A stretch of DNA of 25,595 bases from Geosiphon pyriformis uo1 (lineage: Eukaryota > Fungi > Glomeromycota). The stretch spans positions 1 through 25,595 of the forward strand of contig JAAOMT010000603.1 in NCBI GenBank assembly GCA_016748015.1. Reading direction: 5' to 3'. Shown piece by piece: positions 11,620-22,468 of the stretch (positions are counted from its first letter, which is position 1; each line of letters opens with the position of its first letter). The translations under genes and the position numbers were made by a program. The notes under the pieces were generated by a model. The model made no database searches. It saw only the letters and a list, made by a program, of their open reading frames with translations, and was not told the origin of the DNA.

Positions 11620-12387
11620 TATTACTCATAGAAAATTAGAAATTATAATAAATAAAATAGCCAATCAAAAATAGACATAATAAAATAAAAAATTCCAGGA
11701 TTCTTTTGAAAAATTACAGAATTTCAGAATTATTTTAAGAAATTGCAAGATTCTTTAGAAATTTTATATAATACAAATTATGTATATATAATGAAAGTAT
11801 TAGAAACAAAAAAGTATTTAGAATTCAATAGAGTTTAAAATCCCAATATTTTTTCTTCAAAAGATAGTTTTTTATAATTTAAAGTGAAAACACATTAATA
11901 TTAATAAAATATTTAATTAATATTCAATTTATGTTATTATTACTTGATTAAAAATATTAATCACTTTTCTACTATCAACACTCTATGTTAATAGAATCCA
12001 ATACTTAATTATATTGAACTAATAGTTCTTAATTATGGCTATTGACAAGATACTAATTTTTTATTTTTTTTTTGTTTTGTTTTTTTGTTGTTTATTAATT
12101 AATTAAAAAAATTAAGCACTAAATATTTAATGTTAAGAATAGTCTGGTAAAAAACCTGAGAATAAGAGTAGAAATTTAAAAATAGTTTATCAGAAAAACA
12201 CAATTGTTAAAATAAACCAGCCATTACACTAAAAAAAAAATTTATAGAAGATATTATCAATTGAATTTTTGTCTATTATACAAAAAACTTAACCAAAACC
12301 TTTAGATATTATTAATATAACCAGCTATTAAGCACCAAGTTATGAGTTTGTTATTTGTTTTAACACCCCAAATAATCACTTGTAATA
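11620..12387 (+). mobile_element. Solo LTR (subfamily B) inserted between the protease and the Cys-rich region
   Basis: Termini TATTAC...GTAATA (eroded from TGTTAC...GTAACA). TSD CTGT at 11616-11619 and 12388-12391. Reverse-complement match to 7941-8874, e.g. TAACACCCCAAATAAT versus ATTATTTGGGGTGTTA. Confidence 0.9.
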
Positions 12388-12399
12388 CTGTGAAATAGG

Positions 12400-12835
12400 T
12401 TTTTCAAATTTAATTAGAAATTGCTTTGGAATAACTGTTTTGAAATATTCATACATGGTGTGTACTTTGGTAAATTATTTGTTAAAAGTAATCTGAAGTT
12501 TTTGTGTATTCTAGTTAAACATAATATAAGCTTTAGTTAACCAATCATTTCTTATAAAAACTTAATACTAAGTAATTTTTATAATAAATATTTTTGTCAA
12601 GATTTTGATTTTATTGATTTCAAAAAAAATTATCAATTTTTTCTATTGGTGTTTTAATATTGTTATCTATGTTAATTATTCTAATAATAATAATTTAATT
12701 TACTTAATAACTTAATTAATTTATAAGTTGTCTTATAATTATGCTGTTAGTTAATTTGTTGTTTAAGATTAATTTAATATTTATTTGTCTTATTTTGACA
12801 TTAATATATATGGTCATAATTGGTTTATCTTAATT
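12400..12835 (-). pseudogene. pol: Retroviral-type aspartic protease relic
   Basis: IKLILNNKLTNSII (=LILDSGSxxSII; catalytic D codon at 12761-12763) and, about 65 codons later, VFIRNDWL (=xLxGNDWL). Confidence 0.78.
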
Positions 12836-13399
12836 AATAACAGCTTTACTAAAAAAATCAAAAGTAGTTAAATTGTTACAATTAAATAAAAATATGATTA
12901 CAAGTATTTTATCTTTGGTAATTGTGGCTAGAAGAATTATTATTACTGTAACTGAATTATTATTACTGTAACTGTATTATTAAGTAAGAAAAAATTGGTA
13001 ATATTAACTATAATTTTTTTCTAAAAATACATTATTATCAAAATTCTAAGTTTCTGTAAGATATAAATATAAAACTTGGTTTGAATATTCTATTAATAAT
13101 GCTTATAATAAAAGACAATTTGGGTTTTGTAATAGGATTAAGATAAATTGTTAAGAATTTTCAGTCATATTTTTTTATGTTTAATTATAATTAATGGCTT
13201 TAAGTCTAAAATTATTAAATTATAGAGCTAAATATTATGATTAAAGTAACATTATAACTTGAAAATTTAAGGAATAATATTAAAATAAGACTGTAATTTA
13301 GGAGTTTAAATAATACTAATAAAGTAATTATAATATATATTGTAATTGCTAATACTAAAATAAAAAATATTGGCTTCTATTTAATTGAAGATATTATAA

Positions 13400-14250
13400 T
13401 TATAAGTACTAATTTTTTTGATTTTGGTTAAACATTTTTTTATAATTAGTTTTATGTAATATATCTAAGTTTTTAACAGTAATAATAATTATAAAGATTT
13501 TGTTTTTAAAATTGCTATTGTTGTTGGCAATATTGTTGTTGTTGGTATTTTGTAGTATTGTTATTTTCTTAGTATTGTAAAAGTTAATACAATTCTAAAT
13601 TTTTGGCAAAAAATCTCTTAATTTTTTGAGTTAACTTTTTACTTAATTAAATAAGCTTTGTATTAATATTAAAGATTTTATTTATGGCCAAATTAACAGT
13701 TTGTATGTAATTGGTTTTTTGTTCTGCTAATTCAAAGTTATAGACAAGTATTATCACCTCTTGTAAAGTGCCAGGATGTCAAAGTTTAATAAATTAAAGA
13801 ATATTATTTTTTAATCTCTTAATAAATTGGTTGAAAATTTAATCTAAAGTGTAATAATTTCTTTAAATCATCTAAATTTGGCAAAAAATTAGATTAAATT
13901 TTTTAAAATAAGTGATTACAGCTTTATAATCTTTTTGTTTTATTATGTTAAATTGATTTTGTAGTTTAATAAGTATATTTGGATTGTAAAGTATTGTAAA
14001 AAAACAGATTTAAAGATAATAAAGTTAGTTGGTTTTTCTTCAAAACTTTGGTATCATAAGTCTATAGTTTTAGTCAAAAAAAAATAAGACTTAAATTGTT
14101 TTGGTTTCATTTTAATTATTGGCTGTGATTGTTTTTTTTGTTTTTGTAATCTATATATATCTATTTTTTTCTTCATTAAAAAATTTATTCAGTTTAATAA
14201 TATCTTTGTAAACCATAATCAGAGTGATAAAAAGTTGTTTATTTAATAAA
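13400..14250 (-). pseudogene. gag: Gag relic (Retrotrans_gag-like capsid core and probable zinc knuckle)
   Basis: KLNKFFNEE (=KLEKFSGEE); IKQKDYKAVITY..F; FNQFIKRL (=QFIxGL); HPGTLQEVI (13752-13778); Gln-rich linker, then YYYC*KLRYIT*N (approximately CxxCxxxGHxxxxC) near 13445-13490. Confidence 0.72.
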
Positions 14251-15084
14251 AAGAATATCAAAAAAGTTATGTCTAATTGTTTTATTAAGCATATGGCTGA
14301 TTGTTTTCTTTTATTAATTACTATAATAGATTGAAATATTGTGTTCTTTTTAATAAAATAGTTATTAATTCGATTAGTAGTTTTAATATTTGTTGTTTTC
14401 AAAAAAAAAATTTTAGAAAGTAAAGTTTGTTGCTAAGATAAAATTTTTAAACAATATTTTATATTTTCTTAATAATTTGGTTCAAAAATTTTAATTAGAG
14501 TCTTAATAATAAAGATTTTCAAAAGTTTTTGGAGTTTTTGGCTGTAAGTTATTTGGTTAATTTAATAAAATTTTGATTTTTAAAGTCTAATAGTAAGATA
14601 ATATTATTAGTAAAAGAAATCTTGACTTTTTGTTTATTATAAATTAGAATTTTTTTTGTACAAAATATTGTTGAGTATTGTTTTTTGTATTTGATTTAAA
14701 TTCTTTAAAAAGAACTTTTATGTTATAATTTTCTTTAAACTATAAATAATAATTTTGTATATATATCTTAATTTTCTTGTTAATAAAGAAAATTTTTTTA
14801 TAATTGCTCTTTTAATAGTTAAAATTAAGTATAATAACAAGTTTTAATAAATTTTTTTTCTGAGTTATTTAATATTTGCTGTTTTGTTTAGATAGTAGTA
14901 GACTTTAATATATATATAATAAAGAAAATTACTTTTGGTAACAATTGTTTTCTTTGAAATTCCTAAATTTTTTTAAAAGTATTAATATAATTTTTTTTGA
15001 AAAGCAAATAATTTTTTTTGACTGTTTTAATAGTTGTCACTTTTTGTGAATTTTTAGGATGTTCTGTTTTTGTGAATTTTATAA

Positions 15085-15101
15085 TTTTATAAAGAATATT
15101 A
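15085..15101 (-). promoter_or_regulatory. Probable eroded primer-binding site
   Basis: Two nt downstream of the LTR, the minus strand reads TAATATTCTTTATAAAA, which is transition-compatible with TGGTGCTCnnnGTGAGG. The tRNA-Ile(UAU)-like assignment is inferred. Confidence 0.5.
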
Positions 15102-15103
15102 AA

Positions 15104-15998
15104 TATTATAAATAAACTTAATAATATAGTATTATAACTTTTAGTATTTATAATTTAATAATAAGAGCCAATTATATATTTATCTAAGAGTTTTTGTTTC
15201 TTTAATTATTGTTATAATTATATATTCTTTTGAATTAATAAACACAATTACTAGGATTTGGTATTGTTTTTTTACTTTTTTAGTAAGCTAATAAAATAGA
15301 ATTAATATTTAATACTTAAAAGAGTTTTCTTTTTTTACCAGGCTATTACAAAGTCTATTTTTAAACAGTTAATTTCTAATATTGTTATTTTATAAGAAAA
15401 AAAAAATCAAGATAAAAGAAAAAAAAATTAGTATTGTTAATTGTTGTGATCAAAAACAATTAGTCTAAATTATTAAAGTTTTAAAGCTGTTTATGCTAAT
15501 ATTATTTGGCTTAAAACAAGAATAAAAAGACAATTAATTTAATTTTGTCACTCAAAATATAAAGATTATATATAGATAAATTGAATAGTAAAATATTTTA
15601 TTGAATTGGTTTACAAATATATATATAAAATAAGATTAATTAAATTAAAATTAAGATATAAGAAGAAAAGTGATTTTTGTTTGCTATTTGTCTTTTTTTT
15701 TTGTTAAAACTACTTATTTTTATATATATTTTTAGTATTATAAAATTGTTTTTAATTACTTATTATTATTAGTTATCACTTATTATTTTTATTATTGTTT
15801 TTTTTTTGTTATAACTAATTATCTTATATTATAACTAGTTATTTTGTATTATTTTATATTATTATGTATTATTTTGTATTATTTTGATTTATTTTATGTT
15901 ATTTTGTATTATTTTGTGTTATTCTGTTTTTTTATATTATTATGTATTAATTACGTTTTTTTTAATAGTTTTGAATTGGTTTTTTTATTTGAATAATA
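15104..15998 (-). mobile_element. 5' LTR (subfamily A) of the decayed Gypsy element
   Basis: Reverse-complement homolog of 21377-22468: TATTATAAATAAACTTAATA versus TGTTACAGGTAAACTTGGTG; TTTTACCAGGCTATTACAAAGTCTATTT is nearly identical; same ~10-bp minisatellite (~15820-15950). Its flanks differ (TAAA/ATGT), as expected for a non-solo LTR. Confidence 0.88.
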
Positions 15999-16800
15999 AT
16001 GTACAGAATTTTTTTTGATTAAAAACAATTATTTAGAAGCCAAGTAATTTGTTTAATCTGATTCAGCAAATTTTACCATAATTTTCTGTTACAGTTCAAT
16101 TTACTGTAATTAAATTAACACTATCTGATTATATTTGGCTACTGTGATAATAATTATTTTTTTTGGCATATTTATGAGAATTTTTATTATTATTACAATT
16201 CAATCTGAACAGAATTTTTGTTTTTTAAGATTATTGTTTATTATAATGTTTTTATTATTGGCCAATAATACAGTCTTTTTCATGTTTTTTTTTAATGTAA
16301 ATATAGATTTAATAATTTTTTTAAATTTTGAAAAAGTAGTAGTTCTCCTAAAACCATTAACTAATAAATATAATTTTCTAATTATTTGAGTTTTTGTTAT
16401 TGTTAATTTGCTTTTTATTGCTAAAAAATTAATATTTAAAGCAAATAATTTTTTAATAATTATTTTTATTTAAGTTTTACCAATTTTTAAGTCAATTTAT
16501 TTTTTGTTTAAAAATACTAAAAGATAAAAGAAAAGCAAGACTTTATTATTACTTAAGACATATTCAAAAGTTTTAATAGAAAAATTAATTATATTATTAG
16601 TATTTATCTGTTTGGTTTTTAAAATATTTATTCTTAAATTAAAATAATTATTATCTTTACTATTAGTTTTATAATTAGTTTTAATATTTGCAAACAAGAC
16701 TACTAACATTTTTTTATTTGTATTTATTTTAATAAACTGTTTAATAATTTCTTAGCTTCTTTAAAGCTCATATCTATCTTATTATTTAAATACTTAATAT
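15999..16800 (-). pseudogene. Eroded LINE ORF1 N-terminal half, interrupted by the Gypsy element
   Basis: KKLFALNIN..LVNGFRRTTTFSKF..IEL*QKIMVKF..LASK*LFLIKKNSVH aligns with LINE-B ORF1 KSFALNID..GVNGFGGASTPSKF..VGL*QKTFVEL..LASMWSILIGKDAVH, and stops exactly at the LTR edge. Confidence 0.85.
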
Positions 16801-17680
16801 TTTTTAAAAGCACTTTTTATTATTGAAACAAACTACTACTTATAAAACTTAGAGCCAAAACTCTAATTAACTTTTTTTTAGCTCCAAAACTACTCATAAT
16901 AATAGTTAACTTTTATAATAAAAGAATTTATTTCTTGAAAATAATAAATATAAAAACAAATTTCTTTTAAAAATTTAAAAATTTAAAATAAAAGAAAAAA
17001 AAATTACTATATTAAAAAAATTAAGTACTTTATTAATAAAAATATTACTAAATATTTTAAAAAATCAAAAAATTGCAATTTTTTTTACTTTTGTTTTAAT
17101 TATAATTATAAAAGTACAAAAAAAAAGTTTAATATTATAAAGATATATTATAATATTATAATTTTAGCAATAATATATATATTATAAATTATAAATTATT
17201 TTTACAAATAAATTTTATTAAAAAAAAAACAATAATATAAATTTTTATAAAATAATAATTTTTTTAAAACTTTAAACAAATTTAATTTTAATATAAAATA
17301 TAATAAAAAAATCAGAATTTAATTAAATAAATATATTAAAAATAATTAATATTTAAATTATATAATTATAAACATTAAAAATTTGTTTATTAAATAATTG
17401 GTTATATGTAAAAAATACATAAGTTAAATTTAATATGTATTATTTTTATTACATATATTATTAAATTTTAATTGGATTATAGTATTAAAAAAACAAAAGA
17501 CAAAAACATTTTTAATTTTATTATTAATAATTTAATTTAAACTCTTCTTTCTCTCTTTCATCCAAAATTCCCAAAAAAAGTATTATAAGTTTTTTTGAAA
17601 GAAGTTTTTTAACCATTCAGTATGACAAATCTAAATCATTTTTTGATTTCGAGACCACCATCGGTCCTACTATTGCTGTT

Positions 17681-19474
17681 ATAAAGAAGGTTGCAAAAAA
17701 TTCTGGTGCTGATAGTGGTTTTAGACCTGTCCTGTCAAGAAAAAAAAGAAAGAGTGGAGTTTTGGCTAAGAATGTTTTGGTAAGAGAAGATGTTATTAAA
17801 ACAACTGGTAATTATTCATGAATTTCTGAGACTGATAACACTATTGAATCTGAGAGTATTAACATGGAAAAAGAGTGCCTTGTTGAGGAAACCAGTATTG
17901 ATTATAGAGAGAGAAATGTCTTTGATGATAGGGACCCCAATCAGACACCAAAGAGCTCAGGTCTCAAAATTAAGACCAAGAAAGTATTGGGCAAACCACT
18001 GGGCAAAATCAACTTTGATGATGGTGACTTTCTGGATGAGTCTGCCCTCCTTCCACCTCCTCTTCTATTCAAATTTTTGGTTCAGGTTTCTGTTTACAAA
18101 TCCTTTGCTTTAAATATTGATCTTGTGGCCATTGTTGAGAAATCCTCTCAGGAAAAATTGAATTTTATCAAAAATTTTTTTTCAGGTGTGAATGGTTTTG
18201 GGGGGGCCTCTACCCCCTCAAAATTTGGTGGTATTATCTGTGCAACTTTTACTTTTGAAAAGGCAATGATGGCTGCGGCAAATTTGGCAAATAAGCATGG
18301 TGTTGTGGTAAACACTAATTTCAAGCACCCTGGCTACAATTGTACAAATCAGGCAATTGTGCTAAAAGAGATTCCTGTGAGAACTTCTATTGAGACTGTG
18401 CATGCTGCTGTATCCGAATTTGGGATAATTAAGTCGATCAAAATGCAACTGGTGGGTTTGTGACAAAAGACATTTGTCGAATTGGAGGATTAAAATCAGG
18501 CTGATTTCTTGGCGTCCATGTGGTCTATCCTCATTGGAAAAGATGCAGTTCATGTGGCCAGGGCCGACATTGACAAACAAACATAGGACTCCAAAGACAG
18601 ATTCAGAGCATTACTTTACACTCTTCTTGTAGGGATGAATGCACATAATTTGTGGGATTTTTTTGTTTCAGTTGGTGGGAAAACATGCGTCATCAACTGT
18701 AATTCTGTCAACTACACTTGTGCATGCTGTGCCACTGTGTGTTTTGACTTTGAGGAAGATATGAACCAGGCTGTAGCTGTTATGCCAATTATAAAGAGTG
18801 TTGGTTTCTACTGGTCATGTTTGTCTTCTCCTGTGTGCTCTGCTTGTAGTTCTTTTGGCCATACTTCTTTGTTCTGTAAATCAGTTAGAGTCTCTTCCAT
18901 TTCTAAGAGCAAAAGGGCTCCTCTCTCAGCTCATGATCGATTTAGATTGGCAAAAATTTATGAAAAGAAATCAGCACCTATCTCCCACCCTTTGGCTTTT
19001 GGTGGGAAAACTTGAACATTAGTGGCTGGCTCTTTTCTTTCGGGTAGTTTTCTTGGCTATGATTCTCAACTTGGTTTTTTAAGAAATAGTAAACCTCTTC
19101 CTCCTGTGGTGAACAATTTAAAATTATGTCTAGTTAATATTGAAAGCAGTTTTGTCAGCCTCGTGGGACAAATTAGTGAGTTGGCTAAGAGGTTGAAGTC
19201 ATTCGTGCCAGCAGTTTTTCAGTCTAGCCCTGGATGTCAGCTGCTGGTAACCTCCCTATCACAAAATCAAGGAGAAGATATAGTGATGGAAATGGGTTCG
19301 GGTGAAGCCACTAGTGGTAAAACTGCTGCCGTTTTGGGTTCAAATGCCTCACCTAAGGTTGTAAAACTGGAAAACATGTTGGAAGGTCTTTTTGCTTCAG
19401 TCATGAGCCTTTTGGCATGCTTGGATGGTTTAGCTTTAGCGAGTGGTACTCCTTCTCTACTTCTTTCTCAATGA
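17681..19474 (+). pseudogene. LINE-B ORF1 (nucleic-acid-binding protein: basic patch, RRM-like segments, CCHC knuckle, C-terminal coiled coils)
   Basis: ORFs 17864, 18635 and 19022 share one frame broken only by stops. RKKRK near the N-terminus; CSACSSFGHTSLFC at 18836-18877. The start is uncertain (ATA at 17681 is assumed to be an eroded ATG). Confidence 0.85.
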
Positions 19475-21376
19475 GTAGTCTGGTGTGGAAAATTGCAATA
19501 TGTAATGTTCATGGGTTGAACAATCCTGCGAAGCAAGATGATGTCATTTATTGGCACAAAGATATGAACAATTTGGTTTCTATTTTTATGAAGTCAAAAC
19601 TTAAAGGGAGAGTTTGCTCATGGTTGGCCGACAAATTTGATGGTGTTCGGGTTTTTACTTCTAATCTAGATTCTGGTTCTCTGGGTGCTGGTGTGATGAT
19701 TGTTGTGAATTTTTCTTTGGCTAAACACGTCTGCAAAGTCTCTGAGGTGCCTAGTCAGCTCTTATCTATTAGGTTGCTTTTCAAAAATAAACTTTCAGTG
19801 TCTATTTTGGGGCTCTATGCTGGTGCTTCATTAGTGGTTTGGTTTTCTCAGGCTAGTGAGATCAACTTTCTCATTGTTAAGGCCATTAATGAGTTTTTTT
19901 TTGTTATTCTTGGTGGTGATTTTAATGAAGATGGTTCTCGGAAGTGTGCGAGTTTTAAAAAGTGCCTTGAGTTGGGGTTGGTTAACTCTTTGATTGGAAG
20001 CCTGGCCATTAGGATGCCAATTTGGATGAACTTTAGAGGTGTTATGAAGACTATTGATTATGTATTTGTTTCACTGAATCTGGTCAATTCTTTGGTACAT
20101 CATGGTGTTTCAGATGTTGGTGATTATTTTGATACAGACCACCAAGCTGTGTCTGTATCTCTGAGCCTGGGTGGTTTGCTAGATACACATTTGTTTTTTC
20201 TTTGCAAGCAGGTGAATAAAGATCATTGGAAATTTGATGTCAAAAATGCCAGTAAAGCTAAATGACTTGAGTTTAAAGATGTTATGGCTGCTAATACTGT
20301 TATGTTTTCAGGTGTGTTTAGTGATGCTGTGAAATTTTCTGATCTTGGCACTATGTAGAACATCATTCGCAAGATTATGGTTCTCTTAGCTGGTAGTACT
20401 TTCAAAAAAAAATGGTTCAAGAGTTTTGATATGGTTCACAATAGGGTATCATCTAGGTTTCACAAGCTGGAGCTGTTGGTTTCCAAGCTGGTGAAGGCTT
20501 CTCATTTGAGTTCTAGTGTCAGTTTTGCTTTACTTTTGGTTACATGGGACAACCTTAACTCTGCTGGTGCATTGTCAGTAAAATTTATGTTCCATTCTGG
20601 TGCTAAATTTGATGACATTTGTTCTGCTCTGGCCAAAGCGAGGAGGTTATACTACTCTTCAAAATTGCTGAAGTCTAATTGTGCTGAGGAATCTCATATT
20701 AGACAGGCTATTAACAATAGAATAGAAAGTTTTGAACTGGATAAGAGTCATACAATTAGAAGTGTGTTGGAGTGTCTCTTTCACAAAGTGGTTTTGAACT
20801 ATCTGGTCATAAATGATGAGTTGGTTTTTGAACCTAATTTGGTGAAATTCAAGGTAGATGCTATTATGGAAGGATGAACCAGGAAACATATGATAGTTGA
20901 TGATATCTCTGATACTTGGTCTCGTCAATACAGACCTTTGAACTATATTTTTGATGATGCTTTTTCTGGAGTAATGAGTAAGATTGATGTTGATGAGTTG
21001 CATTGTGTGGTTTCCAGTCTGCCTGATGGGAAAGCTGCTAGTCTCTTGGGTATCTCTAATGAGCTTTGAAAACGTTGTGATAAATCAGTTTTGGGTTTGT
21101 TTTTGGTTCTTTTGAATTTTTGTTTGTCTTGTGAGTTGGTGCCTGGCTCTTAGAAGAAGGCTTGGGTTTCAATGATTTCCAAACCTTATGAGTAGGAGAG
21201 TGTTTTCATGAATACTTGTCCTATTGCCTTGATTGAAACAACTCACAAGATTCTCTTCAAGATTCTTTCAGATAGGATCTCACTGGCTTGCAGCTCTTAT
21301 GATGTTCTGCATGGTAACAATTTTTCAGTTTTAAAGGGTATGACAACTCAGTCTCTTATTTTTGCAGTTGGCTTGG

Positions 21377-22468
21377 TGTTATCCGAGTAGAAAAAACTGA
21401 TCTAAAGTTATGAAGAAACATGACCAAAACATGATATAACACACAATAACACACAATAACATTGGATAACGCATTATAATGTTGGATAATGTGTTATAAT
21501 GCAGGATAACACAGAATAATGTGCAATAATATAGGATAATGTGTTATAATGCAGGATAACACAGAATAACATGTAATAACATCAGATAACGTGTTATAAC
21601 ATAGGATAACTAGTAATAACGTAGAAAAATGAAGCAATAACAAAAACAACAAAGCAATAGCTAGTGATAGTGAGACACTTGAAAGCAATCCTGTAAAACC
21701 AAAAGAATATATAAAAGCAAGTAGTTGTAGAAGTAAGAAAAGAGGAAGAAAAAAATAGATACGAATCTCTAGACCAGAAATTAAAATATCCATACCCTTT
21801 CATCCTTTATTATCTTCCCTATTTCATCTCCTGAAATAAACCAATTATTAATAAAAATCAGAATCATGAATTCATGTTCTCAAACTTCATGGAATTTACA
21901 TGAATTAACTCTTGTTTTGTACCTCCGTTCTAGAACAGATGCTCTTAGCATAACCACCTCGAACCTATTAACGATTTGGACCAATTGCTCTTGATCATGG
22001 CGATTGACAATACTAATTTATCTTTTCTCTCTTTTCTTTTTTTTTCTTTTTCTTTTTTTTTCTTTTTCTGTCTTATTTTTTTGTGGAGTGGCAACATAGT
22101 AAAATTGACTATCTGGAAATAGACTTTGTGATAGCCTGGTAAAAGAGGGAAGCTCTCTCTAAGTTTTGGATATTAACATTATCTTGTTAGCTTACCAGAA
22201 GGACGAAAAGACAATGCCAGACCCTAACAACTGCGCTCATTAGCTCAGAGAAGAAAACTCACATTTACAAAAAATATTGCAATCAATGAAAGACAAACTC
22301 TGTGCCTTATAACCAAAGAACTCAATGAGTAAAATTCACAACTAAGAATAGACCTTCAGAGACTGATAATCAAGACTAAGCCAACAGAATTATGTGGAAG
22401 ACACATCATCAATAATTGAGAGCACCAAACATTACCATTTCCCATACCCACCAAGTTTACCTGTAACA
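21377..22468 (+). mobile_element. Solo LTR (subfamily A, best preserved) inserted in the LINE-B RT
   Basis: Termini TGTTA...TAACA. TSD TTGG at 21373-21376 and 22469-22472. Excision restores AVGLVIEDA as in LINE-A. TATA-like TATATAAAAG at ~21708 and AATAAA at ~21835. Confidence 0.95.
21436..21625. repeat. ~10-bp minisatellite (ATAAC/ATAAT-based, with a higher-order ~50-bp unit) in the LTR U3-like region
   Basis: GGATAATGTGTTATAATGCAGGATAACACAGAATAA occurs twice (21484 and 21534), 50 bp apart, within a run of 10-mers. Confidence 0.85.

Larger units (their letters stand above)
6100..15998 (-). mobile_element. Decayed Ty3/Gypsy LTR retrotransposon (LTR-PBS-gag-PR-Cys-rich-dUTPase-RT-RH-IN), 3' LTR not found
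   Basis: Minus-strand translation gives degenerate but correctly ordered Gypsy domains (RT-RH-IN order), with a 5' LTR at 15104-15998. Interrupted by two solo LTRs and a (TTA)30 tract. Confidence 0.88.

Noticed and set aside
7941-12387. Long inverted repeat pair suggesting a TIR DNA transposon or foldback element carrying RT and dUTPase
   Set aside because: Each repeat has its own 4-bp TSD (ATGT, CTGT) and the pol continues across them, so they are independent solo LTRs.
7941-15998. A single LTR element bounded by 7941-8874 and 15104-15998 with outer ATGT flanks
   Set aside because: The LTRs belong to different subfamilies, ATGT also follows 8874, and RT joins RNase H/integrase beyond 7940.
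4758-17539. Organellar insertion, endosymbiont DNA or prokaryotic retron/DGR-type RT system
   Set aside because: No rRNA/tRNA or organellar genes were seen, and both RT types have eukaryotic LINE or Gypsy domain contexts.
21436-21803. CRISPR-like array, or small membrane proteins (minus-strand ORFs 21494-21793 and 21594-21803)
   Set aside because: The repeats are head-to-tail with no unique spacers and no cas genes; the ORFs are by-products of the LTR minisatellite.
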